From: Schizochytrium sp. TIO01
Lineage: Eukaryota; Protista; Bigyra: Labyrinthulomycetes
Direction of reading: 5' to 3'
Assembly (NCBI GenBank): GCA_004764695.1
Contig: SMSO01000005.1
Span: 124,001 to 188,000 of the forward strand
Length of the DNA stretch: 64,000 bases
Shown here in pieces: positions 47,106 through 58,428 of this stretch. The notes under the pieces are model-generated. The model was given only the letters and a program-made list of their open reading frames with translations, had not been told where the DNA came from and did no database searches. Numbering within the stretch: position 1 is the stretch's first letter; each line of letters begins with the position of its first letter. The position numbers were made by a program, and so were the translations under genes.

Positions 47106-49487
47106 TTAGACAAGTTTTGGTCTCTTTGCATCCGGAAAATCGCATTCGACCCAGTCTGGGACTTCCACAGACTTCCTCGCTAGAATTCGGCTAAGTAGGA
47201 TGTTTTTCTTCTTGAGTTCAGAAACCTCAGCCCTAGCAGTGCGTAGCTCAAGACCCTGAATTTCAAAATCATCCTGCAGGTCCAAAAGGAGGACATCGTT
47301 TTTGTCTTTTGGTGTCGACGATGAAGGTGTTGGAGAGGGTTCTCTCGACCTAGCAGGAACCTTCTTGCGCAAATTTTCATTCTCGGATTGCACATTTTTC
47401 AAAGCTTGTTGCATAGATCTCATCGTTTGCTCCATATCGTAGAGTTCTAGTGCAATTTTTGTGTAGCGCCCTTTCCACTTTGCAATGCCTTTCTTCATTT
47501 TGGCTTCCATATCTGCAATTTTAGCGTTTGTCTGCCCAGCCTCGCCATCAAAAGAATAGTGAAATGACATAGGGACAGAGGTTTGTGGCATAGACAGCGA
47601 TGTTACCGAACGGGATGATGAAGATGATGATGAAGATGATATAGAATTCTGATGAGCCCGTGGTGGAGTAGACGCTGAGCCGAGAGTAATTAGCGTAGAG
47701 AATGGAGCAGCAGGAGTTGCTTCGGTTTTGTTTGCTGATGTAGCATCAGAATGCACTGGCGCATTCGCCGAGGCAGAAACAGGTATACGAGCAGGAGCAC
47801 TAGTAGCAGCATCAGTAGGAACACTCGACAAAGCAGTGGTAGAAGTGCCAGCGGCAAGAGGCGCAGGCTGTGCCTCCTCATTTTCCTTCAGCTCTACAAT
47901 CTTCATAATTCCTTCATAGTATTTTTTTGATTCTGCTTTCGCAAGATTAGAAAAGGTCACAGAGAATGGTGAGCTTCTTGCGCGAAGAACCTCATTCAAA
48001 ACCTTAACTGGGTCTTCTTGAGGTTTCTTATCAACTTCAAGTTGGAAAGCATCCAAAAACAGCCTAGTTTTTGTTTTCTTCTTAATAACCTTGGTTGCAT
48101 CTTCTGAAGGGTATACACTCGTATTGCCTTTACCTCTGTGTTGGAAACGGAAATCAATTGTCACCACTTTGCCTTTTGACGGGAAACAGCCCTCGTAACA
48201 TTCTTCGATAAATTTGGAAATGATCCGTGACCTTTCGCTTGGTTCGATATGTGTAATATCTGACTCTAGATCCCCATTCCGAACGATATCCTCGCCCTCA
48301 GCCCCGTTATTGTCGTCACCAGACCCCTGTTGATTCTCATTTTGCTGTTGTTGCTGAGCCACTGCAGATTCGATAAACTTGTGTTTTTCCTTAGGAGACA
48401 GGCCCATTGCAGCAGAGACAATCGTAGCAGCAGCTGCCGCAGTCGTGGCTGAGATAATAGAAGAATTTGAATTTGAGCGATCCCGGCCTTCGTCATGATT
48501 TCGCTTGCCAGTATCCTGGACTTTGCCGACGCTGATTATTGAAGATCTTCGAGCACGGGTTACCTTTGGCTGACTGGCTTGCTGAAGCGACGTTCGCAAA
48601 TTATCACTGGAAACCTCTTTATGTTGACTATAAACACTACTCATCCCAAGCTCAGGGCTCGACCCGTAAGCTTGAGATGAACCCTTTTCAGTTTGCTGAA
48701 GTAGAGGCAATTCACGAGGTTCTTTCTGTTTAACTGACTCGATGCTCGTTAAGGGCTTTTGTTCCTTGCGCTTAGTCAATTCGTTTGGTTGAAGCTGCTC
48801 AATTTGAGTGCTATTAGTGGAAGGACTGCTCAAGGAAATATTTTGAAGTGGAATTTCACTCTGATTTGAAGAAGCACTTTTGAATCCCTTTTTTTGTTGG
48901 TTTGTAGTAGTCTGTTCTGCCCCCCCTTGCGCAGAGCTTGATGAAGTTTCTCCCGAATGATGTGGGTCAGGTGCTTGTCTTCCATCATGATTACTATTAA
49001 CAGACAATTTTCTTGGGATTGTAGATTGAGAAGGCTTCGTTCCAAAGGGCGGTTGTCCTGGTACTGCGCTCGGCAGCTCACTCAAGCTGCTATCAAAAGA
49101 CTGCGAAGGGCTTGACCTGGAAACGCCGCTACTGCCGCCACCGCTGAAAGGTATCTTGTTTATTTCTTTTTTAGATGCAGTTTCACGCTGTCGCTGATGG
49201 AGTTGTTGGTTCTGCTGTTGTTGCTGTTGGGGTGAGGCTAAGTGCTCTTCTGAATTGATGCGAAATTGTGCACGAAGTTTTTGAATTTCGTTGCTTGGAT
49301 CCCTCAGAGCTTTCAAGAGTGCTTCCCTATCAAAAGGCATGGGCACAGGACTAGCGGGCGACACACCCTCACTTCCTGGTCCATAAAAATTTTCTGATTT
49401 AGATCCCTGTGACTGGTACATCAAGTCCTTCTTATGCTTCGCAACGATATCCACGAGCTTTCTGAGTTTGTCATTGGTGGTCGTCAT
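47106..49487 (-). CDS. Uncharacterised 793 aa protein: low-complexity N-half, central globular domain, C-terminal coiled coil; paralog of 51811-52992
   Basis: Long uninterrupted ORF. Shares motifs with the neighbouring ORF (see findings). Confidence 0.8.
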   Translation of the reverse strand: MTTTNDKLRKLVDIVAKHKKDLMYQSQGSKSENFYGPGSEGVSPASPVPMPFDREALLKALRDPSNEIQKLRAQFRINSEEHLASPQQQQQQNQQLHQRQRETASKKEINKIPFSGGGSSGVSRSSPSQSFDSSLSELPSAVPGQPPFGTKPSQSTIPRKLSVNSNHDGRQAPDPHHSGETSSSSAQGGAEQTTTNQQKKGFKSASSNQSEIPLQNISLSSPSTNSTQIEQLQPNELTKRKEQKPLTSIESVKQKEPRELPLLQQTEKGSSQAYGSSPELGMSSVYSQHKEVSSDNLRTSLQQASQPKVTRARRSSIISVGKVQDTGKRNHDEGRDRSNSNSSIISATTAAAAATIVSAAMGLSPKEKHKFIESAVAQQQQQNENQQGSGDDNNGAEGEDIVRNGDLESDITHIEPSERSRIISKFIEECYEGCFPSKGKVVTIDFRFQHRGKGNTSVYPSEDATKVIKKKTKTRLFLDAFQLEVDKKPQEDPVKVLNEVLRARSSPFSVTFSNLAKAESKKYYEGIMKIVELKENEEAQPAPLAAGTSTTALSSVPTDAATSAPARIPVSASANAPVHSDATSANKTEATPAAPFSTLITLGSASTPPRAHQNSISSSSSSSSSRSVTSLSMPQTSVPMSFHYSFDGEAGQTNAKIADMEAKMKKGIAKWKGRYTKIALELYDMEQTMRSMQQALKNVQSENENLRKKVPARSREPSPTPSSSTPKDKNDVLLLDLQDDFEIQGLELRTARAEVSELKKKNILLSRILARKSVEVPDWVECDFPDAKRPKLV

Positions 49488-51810
49488 GATGCTTTCTTCG
49501 CAGTGGGAAAAAGCCTGTCGTTAAACCAACTTCAAACAAGCCGCAGACGGGGCCCGCCTCGAGGCCCGTAACAAGTTCCACCAGGTTCAAGATAGACCGC
49601 AGCCTTGCTGCACTCCGTCCCAGAGCTCACGGCTGTCTCCTCGTCGATCGATCAGTTTCTAGTTTACTTCTCATTTCTTCTTCTTTGCTCAATCGACTTG
49701 AACTTGAAAAAACTTGGCAAGGTGAGTGCTTTGTGGAAAACAAGGAGCTCTGTTACTGACCTCTTAACTAAAACCATAGTACTGGAGTTAATAAGTCAGT
49801 CATCTGTCAGTCATCAGTCAGTCAGTCAGTCAGTCAGTCAAGGGGCCCGTGAAAAGCAGACCTGAGTTAAGACTCGAGCAGGGTGGCTGCGTGGAAGGTC
49901 ATAGGACATTCCAACATTGATAATTCTCCTGGGACTTGGTTCGAGGGTGTATTTTGCCTCGCTGAAGGCCTTCTTGGTGATTCGATTGATTTGTGACAAA
50001 AAAACACTGCTGCTATTTCTTCCTTCCTGAGGGTATAAGGCGAGATAGTGCTTTGAGTAGAAGTGTTTATCTAATATCTATCTACTATTTGGTAGGAGGT
50101 GCTAGGTAATAATATCTACTACCTTAAGAAGGATACGCAAGAAGTTGAACTTCTTTATTTGCATTTCTTTTGGTTTCGAGCCAAGCGCTTCGAGTCTCTT
50201 CTTCTTCTTCTTCTTCTTCTACTACTACTACTACAAGTATGCCTCATTCTCCATATGCAAACCTTGTTACGGTGTCCTGATCCTCCACTTGGATTAGATA
50301 TAGTCGTCAAATGATTTTGAGTTGTGCTGCAGCAGCTAACTAAAAACCAATAGCGTCTCATGCTTCTAATTATAAGCTTTCTATGAATCTGGCGCTAATA
50401 ATGAATGTGAAAATGAATGAATGCATACCTGCTTGCTACGGCAGCACAGGTAGGTAGAGATGCCTAGCCTAGTAAGTAGTAGCATTTTTGCCAGTCCCTC
50501 TTTCAAATTACTTTAATTACTTTGCGGTAGAGTACCTACTTTGGTATCATGGCATCGTAATAAAATTTAGCGATTATTTATATGCAGCGATATTTGCTCA
50601 GAACATGGACTGATATTTCAAACCCTTGCTCAGAATTGTAAAGAGGCCTAGAAGAATTAGGCTTTTTTTTGAGATTTCCAAGATGCTGATTGTCTCGTAT
50701 TGGACTATACGATAGGTAAGTGAATACGTGTTTTGGTTTATGCGATACAAGTGGAGGTGAAAGGAAACGTGACGAAAGAAATTTATATGGTGAAGGTGCT
50801 ACAACTAGGTACTATTTAGTTACCTAGATCTTGGATCAGCAAAGCTTTGTGCAGGTTTAAAGTAGCTGGATAAACCTTTCTACTTGCTATTCTTTTATTT
50901 TATTTGTTTTCTTATCTCACCACAGCATAGTTGCTAGCGGAGTATAACGCTTGATTGAAATTAAAAACAGATTTAGAATTAGAATTGGTACCTCTTTATT
51001 GTTTTGTCTAACCGATCTAGACAAAATTTATAGTTTTAGAAATAAGGCTATCTATATTTTATTGTCATTTTTTTCATTTTCTGAAGTTTTAGTTGGTAGA
51101 AAACTTCAGGACGCTAATTTCTCTGTGTGCTTATGAGCAGAGATTTGAAGTATCAGCACACATACCAATACAAAAATTCGTCATGGGGGATTTTTCTCGA
51201 ATTGATTCGTCAGCGTTCTGCTGCTTTGAATGCCTGAAATTAAGCAATGATTCTAATCAAATGCAAAATTGAGATTTTGAAACCAGTTTCCCAAATATGC
51301 AATGGATCTTGAAGATTTTTAGAGTTGCCAATATTCGAAAAAAAAACCAAAATTCTATTTCAAGATTCCTCTTGGAATTGAACTGGATGTACTCGAGTTG
51401 CTATTAGATATATTTCTTTCCTTATGTTAGAAAGTTCGCTATTCTTTGAGATTGTGTTATCCTCGATTTGACATTATCATAAGATTAAAATGTCATATCA
51501 ATAGCTCATGAATGTAGACATTCAATCATACATTGCATATACTTTTCGTATCAGCAAAGAAATATATGAAGTCTTTATTTCAAGTCATGGAGACTTGTTC
51601 TTTGTAAGTACAATCTGAGGTATCTATCTGTTAAAAGGCTCGAAAGTTTAGCTTCTATTGAATACAAACCTAAAGACAGGGTAGGCGAATTAGCTAGTAT
51701 CAAGGCGAGGGAGTAAGGAAGAAAAAGAGAGAAGAAGAAAAAAAAAAATAAGTGAACACATTTTTCATAGTATCTTGAAGGAAGGAAGAGCATGGACACT
51801 ATCAAATGGC

Positions 51811-52992
51811 CTACACAGAACCCTGAGCCCAACGAGGAAGATCCCCATTGTGCCGCTGATAGTGTCGCATCAATGTTCTGTTTTTCATCTCAAGCTCCTC
51901 AATGCGTGTTTTCGCTGTTTTCAATTCCCACTGAGCAATGTCCAAGCTGTCTTGGAGCGTTTGAAGCTCGTCTGACGATCGCTCAACACGACGGTGTTTC
52001 ACATGGTGGAGTTCATCGCTAGAAGCTGCATTTGTCTCTCGGTCTCGGAGAGCAATAAGTTCATGTTCGACCTTCCTACGACGTGCTTTCTCATCCTGAT
52101 ACTTCTTCACCATTCGGTCATATTTGTTCCGTGATACTACACCCTCTGAACCTGGTGCATTAAGCGGGGCTGAGTTAAGCTCATTCGAAGAGCTAGAACT
52201 CGACTGTTGTGGTTGTGATGGTGGGAGGGTAACTCCCGCATCTTCTACCTGCTTGTTTGACGCAGGAGCGGGCATTGAAGCCCTTCGACCTTTGCTTGGA
52301 GCGGTTGGTGAGATTTTGATACCTTTTAAAATGACAAGATTACCACTGACTGCTCCATCCATGGAATTTGGTGCAAGAGTACACGATTGCACAGAATATA
52401 AAGACTCTACCTCGCGCAACTCAGTGTTAAATGCGTCCTCTGGGGTTGCAAAGTCTTTAGCCTCTGCTCGAAAAGTGTCGATAAGGAGTTTCGTGGAGAT
52501 TATCTGTTGTCCCACCACTTTTTTTGCTCCTTCAGGATATACACTAGTTGAACCTGGACGTCGGATTTGGGGCCGGAACTCTAGTATAACTTTTTTCTGC
52601 TTGTTGTGATCAGAACACAATTCGAAACACTCTTCCACGAATGTCGCAAGTACATAAGCTTCATTTGTTGCCGTCGCTGCACCTGCTGATCTTGGTGTTT
52701 GCGCTTGCGCTAGACGCGGTTTTCCATTGCCGACACTTATATTGTCATCAGCATCTCCATCCCTGGAGCTGGTCGAACCAGTTACCTTTCGTTTGGGGCG
52801 AACTGCCCAGTCATTCTGGACAAGTGGACGACCATCCGAGCTATCATCTTGGGTTGTAATAATCTTGGGCGGCAACGCTTTCTGTTTAGGTTGACTTTCT
52901 TCGCTCTCGCTTAGACGTCGAGCAGAAGCTAAAATTTTAGCACGAACATCCTTCTCAGACTCAGACCCCGAATCCGTATTGTAACCGCTCAT
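51811..52992 (-). CDS. Uncharacterised 393 aa protein: central globular domain plus C-terminal coiled coil; paralog of 47106-49487
   Basis: Long ORF with shared F(V/I)EEC(F/Y)E, TSVYP and LQD..I...EL(K/R)TA motifs. Confidence 0.8.
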   Translation of the reverse strand: MSGYNTDSGSESEKDVRAKILASARRLSESEESQPKQKALPPKIITTQDDSSDGRPLVQNDWAVRPKRKVTGSTSSRDGDADDNISVGNGKPRLAQAQTPRSAGAATATNEAYVLATFVEECFELCSDHNKQKKVILEFRPQIRRPGSTSVYPEGAKKVVGQQIISTKLLIDTFRAEAKDFATPEDAFNTELREVESLYSVQSCTLAPNSMDGAVSGNLVILKGIKISPTAPSKGRRASMPAPASNKQVEDAGVTLPPSQPQQSSSSSSNELNSAPLNAPGSEGVVSRNKYDRMVKKYQDEKARRRKVEHELIALRDRETNAASSDELHHVKHRRVERSSDELQTLQDSLDIAQWELKTAKTRIEELEMKNRTLMRHYQRHNGDLPRWAQGSV

Positions 52993-55900
52993 TATAGTCC
53001 AGATCTACCAAGTGTGATGAATATACTCCAAGTTTTCTGCTTTATACTGGAGGATTACCCGTCCACAACCCCAGATCGAAACCAGGAATATATAGAAAAA
53101 TAGGGTCAAATATTTTCCTCGCAATAGTCCAATCTGCAGAGCCTCCAAGCTAGTCCAAGCTAACGTAGGAAAGACAGGGAATAGAAACAATCTTTCTTCG
53201 AGTTTTTCCCAGCCTGGCGCAACTTTTTTTCCTGTGTGACTTGCTCCTTCCAAGGTATCTCCTGGGCTGATTCAAGTTTAAAGCACGTCGCCCGAGTTCT
53301 TGTCTTTCGCCAAACCTCTGTAGATCTCGCGAGAGTAGCTCTCTTTGGAGCACGCTGTTCGCAAGTCAAAGAAGATTGAGACAGTTCGTTAACCTCTTAT
53401 AAGCAATTGCGTTGTGAAGCGATCTGTTTCGATACCAGTCGCGTTCCGCCTCGACTAGGTTTATAGCCTATACGTAAACAGTCAATCTTAAAATCCACAA
53501 TCAAACCTACAATTAGTTTACAGCGAGTACCACTGCCGTCGCTACACGCAAACGCCCTTGCCTGCGCACTTTTCGGAATGAGGAAAGCAAGAAAAGAGAT
53601 TGGGCTGCTTGACTTGTAGTACTACGTAGTATCACTAGTACTACGCACCTATTGCTAATAGTAAGAGAGCAAGACTACGCCAGTATATAAGACTGCCTGT
53701 CTGTGATTTTCCCTCCCTTGTTTACAGTAAGCAAATTTTATTAAGGGCAGCTCAGCAATCTTTGATGATCCCGGTGCAACTGTGGCATCGCTGTATACAT
53801 AAGAGCAAACTGCTAACCTGGACTCTGGCATGGGCCACCCGGAGCTGTTTGGTATATCTGGCATACTTTTTATAGTTTTGGGGCTATTGGAATAGGTGAG
53901 GCGAGGCCATAATTTTATTCAACCAGGTGCTGCCATACTAGTAAGTAAACAGCCATGATCAGAAATCGAGAAGTTAGCAGCCAGTGAATAGAATAATACA
54001 CACCAACCCGAGTTACAGGTGACGAATTGGGTGTATAGCGTCTGACTTTCAATTCGAAGGAAGGTGTGTATAATGACATTACTTATTAAATGATTCAAAG
54101 CTAAAGAACATCTCTATTGAGACCTGGCATACGCGCAGGGGCTGGAAAAAAGAAACAGCAATGTCGCTGACACTGTCTTTGTGAAAGAGCTGCATTCTTT
54201 GATTGTCTCATTGTAGGTGCACTAAGAGGTATCATACCTTAGTACGAGACAGATGTTGATGGCAATTCTCTACTCAAACCATAACAACCTATCCTGGCTG
54301 GCGAATGGTTCCATGAATTTTACGTTCTGCTTTACAATAATCCAATAATATACGTATACTGCAAAGTATCAGAATCTATGCATTGCGCTCTTCCTTAAAT
54401 GTATTTCAAAGGCGCGGATAGCATGCCCTGTTTTTAAAAAAACAGTAAGGAAGTATTGCTGGACCAAATCATGACCATCTAAACTGCCTTTGCGTTCATA
54501 ATAATAAACTCATTCACATCACTACAGTGTAGATATCTCGCCAACCTAACAGGATTTAATTCAAACCATTCTTCGACCAATCATTCTAAACATTTTCATT
54601 GAATCTTCTAGTTTACCTTTTTGGACAGGTTTATTATCCTTCTTCTAGTGTGCCTACTTTTCTTTTTGGAAACTATAACTTTGAACTTTCTCACATTGAA
54701 AATAACTCGCGTGGGATATACTGAGATTGAAAGTTATCCTCAAAAACTAGCCTTAACCTGAAATAGGTTGAAGTGTCAACGTGAAGAGTGGGTGGCAACT
54801 GACATTATAGACTTTGTCTAGGATCCGGCATTTCAGCTGCAGACAGGCAATCACAAACTTCGTTGCGCACTTCATGCTCTCACGTTTAGTGTGTTTTACT
54901 TTCACAATTAGCCCGTGCCAATACATGTACCTGCTCGGCATACAACGAGAAGGCGTCCTATTTCGCAAGCTAAAGTCAGGTGACTTTCGCTCCGGTATAT
55001 ATATACGAGTCATGTCAAAGATCTTCAAAACCTTGCCCTCAATTTCAGGTGGGTTCTATAAATTCTTCATATGTCTATAGTGTTGGTTTTAATCGACAAA
55101 TTTTGAAAGTGTTAAAAGAACATTTAATATTTTTCCTTCCTTCGTGTTTGTCACTATTTTTGCACGATTTGAGATAGCCCATACTACTGAAAGATGATTC
55201 TGGCCAGCTTGAGGTTGACTGTGAAGATGAAGGCAAGGATCTTGATGAAAGCTTTAAGAAGGTTGATTTAAGAGTTAGCGAACTGCTGTCCTGGAGAATG
55301 AATTCCAGGACAGATGGATTCATGTAGTAATTAAGGAGGTTAAGACATTCTTGAAAGGTGTTAGAGATAATCGATGAGGTTAGGTTAATTCAATCTCTAC
55401 AACCATCGATTCAAGTTACACTATGCTTGGATATAGGTGATGTGTACTCACACCTCTGGTTATTGAGTCCGTCAGCCACATGAATCTGGCTGCTTACTCT
55501 TGCTCTATTGTAAACCTTATGTCTACAAGGGTTTCATAAAGGGACGCCAAGAACTCTAGGAATGTCTTGTCAACTAGTTCCCTTAATTGGAGATCTCAGC
55601 ACATACAGAACAAACCATATATATAGCTGCTGCATTTTCCCATTATTCTTAAAAGAAAAGACGCCTAGGTTGGACAGGAAAGACTTTTGTTGTTGTTGTC
55701 TGGCTTTCCAAATAGCTCAATGAATACCTTGAGTAATGATAGCAAGATAATTGAAATAAATAGAAGTACCTTTTGATGATGTCGATGCTCGTAGACCGTA
55801 GATTTTATCTAGCATAAGCTACAGAAGTGTTTTCTGCTTGGAACCTTTACATTCCTCAGTTTCTTGTTGGGACTGTCTCAGATTTTACCAAAGCCGGCAC

Positions 55901-57107
55901 CGACAGATGTGTTCAGCAGATTGAGCTCCGATTTAAGAGACTTACCTCTTGACGGCGTTTTTGATTCTTTGTAAAATGAAGTCCCCAGTCGTATTGTAGC
56001 TGTCAGGGTTGTATTTTATAGCTGCTGAGATCTCCAATCGATGTAGCATTTAAAAAAGTGGAAGTGTGCTCTACCCCACTCTCACGAGTGGTGGGCGAGT
56101 AATTCTAGTAATCATAATAAGCAAAGCTCCCTCCTAAACTTAGACTACTTCGTAACATAAGGACATACTGATGACTGTATAGAACTTCTTGTCTCTCCCT
56201 TGCCCGAAGTGGCAAAGGCACCACGAGCAAAATGTTTCCATCTCCAAGGCATGTCCTTATTTCCACCCTAGTCCCTAACAAAATAGCAAGAACGCATTTT
56301 CCTAAAAGCGTGACCAGCGCGTCAGGGAGTAGGTACTAAAATATAAATGATTGTGTGCATCAAATACGAAAGGTCAAAGTTTAGGAAAGCAAACAACTTA
56401 ATTAATGAACAGGTAGAAACGGCTTAAAATAAGAGAAAACTAAACAAGGTCTAACAATTACATCCCAGAAGCTGAGCGATGCATTGATACATTGAGGCAC
56501 TCTAGCTAGTAAAAGTTTTCCCTTGTAAGAGGAAAGCATTATCTATGTATGCGGTCCTACTCCTCCAGCCGGGAAGCAAGCACTTTTGATATTTGGAAGA
56601 TTATGAGTACAACTTGAAGGGTATGAAAACGCTTTGTTGAACATTATGCTGCCTTGCAGCCTCTAAAGCAATTTTGAGTAACTTGTTTATTTTCGTTTGT
56701 TTTTTAGAAAGAAAAAGTACAACTTTAAGTTATAACAAATCGGCTGTATATTTGATCAAGAATTCTAATGAGAACCAGTTTGTCATGTTCAAGCTGATTT
56801 TATTTAAATTTGCGATGATGTTAACGTTATGCAATCATGCGCACGCATCGAATGTCGCAAATGAAATACAATTTATGTGCTCTGATTTATTAGTTTAGGA
56901 CCTTGTATACCATATATATGATACCTACATTTTTTAAAATTAAAAAATAATAATTACCTTTTTATAAAACTCTCGGCATAAAGAAAAAAGCATTATTACC
57001 CTGGTAGATTTTGAAAGAAAATACACACATCTGTTTCATTTGTTTCTCTGCGCATAATCCATGGACCAATACAATGGTTTAAAGAGCGTGTCTGAGCATG
57101 TGGCAGG

Positions 57108-57138
<31 letters not shown>

Positions 57139-58428
57139 TGGCTTCGATCAATGAGAATGAACTCGAGAGTGATCAGTTTGGAAGTTTGGGGGGGCTGCAA
57201 AAGATTGTACCTGTAATAGGTAACTTGCCTACGTGCACCCTCGCTATTTAGAGTTAACGTGTTCAAATTTGTTAGCTTGGGCCAACAGGATCGAATCACT
57301 CTACTATTTCAATCTAGTTACCTTCAAAACCAGGGTAGAAGCCATTGCTTTTTTCTTGACTTTAGTTTATGAAAATCGATTGATCATCATGACTCTTGAC
57401 TACTAGTAGAAGCTGATCGAAACAATTCTATACCAGAAAACTATCTCCACGCGCCAAACTAGAAACATGATTTCCAGCGCAGCATTTAGTGCTGTTTATC
57501 CTCTAACTTGAGTGAATATGCACTTGCCAATGTAGTTCTGATTAACTGGTAGTATATAGTCATCAGGCTGAAATTCTAGTCATAAAAGCTCAAATGTGAT
57601 CTGTTAAATCATTTCACATGAGAGAGTGCTTTCCCTCTCTCAGAAGTGTGTATTCCCTCTCTTTTAGAGTTGTGTAATCTCATAGTAGGACATGTCAATG
57701 ACTCTTTGGAAGTTCTCGGCTGAAATAAGAGCAGTTAAAGGATTGCTACAAAAACCTTTGATTACAGCACTTTTTCATTTGATACTCTGCCTACTGGACA
57801 TATGAGTGATTGTTTTGAGTTCTTACTCAAGTTTACTTTTTTATATTATTTATTATAAAATTAAGCTAGTGGGCTAGACAATTACCTGTCTAATCTTTTA
57901 TATATATAAATTTAACTGAAAACAAAATACGGGCCATGATCGAGTGAACAAAGAAAGTAGCTAATAGTCCCTAGGTACCTGCCTCATCGACCGTCGATTA
58001 AAGAATACAGAACACGGAGTACCTTGTCCACGCATGCTTAATTTCGTGAAAAGAAAAAGCGAAAACTGCAATTTGAGCGAGGGAATGATACACCGGATTT
58101 TGTAAGACAGCTTGTTCGTTTTTGTTTATATGAAATTTGGCATGTGCAGTCGTGATCCTTGACAATCGCCCTCCCTCATTTAACAAAGCCAGTGTTCCCT
58201 CTCCCATATACATACATCTACAGCATCATTTGTGACCACTTGTTAAACTTCAAAGATTGAATTACCTTAAAAACAGCCGCAGTCATCTACTACCTAGATA
58301 GTAAGGTCTCTATTCGATTTCCAGCACAGAAAGATCAAACAGGTCTGGTAGACAATAAAAAATATCTCATGAAGCAAACCCTGAACTGTTTCCGACAACC
58401 GTGCTGACTACATGTAACAAACCTATCT

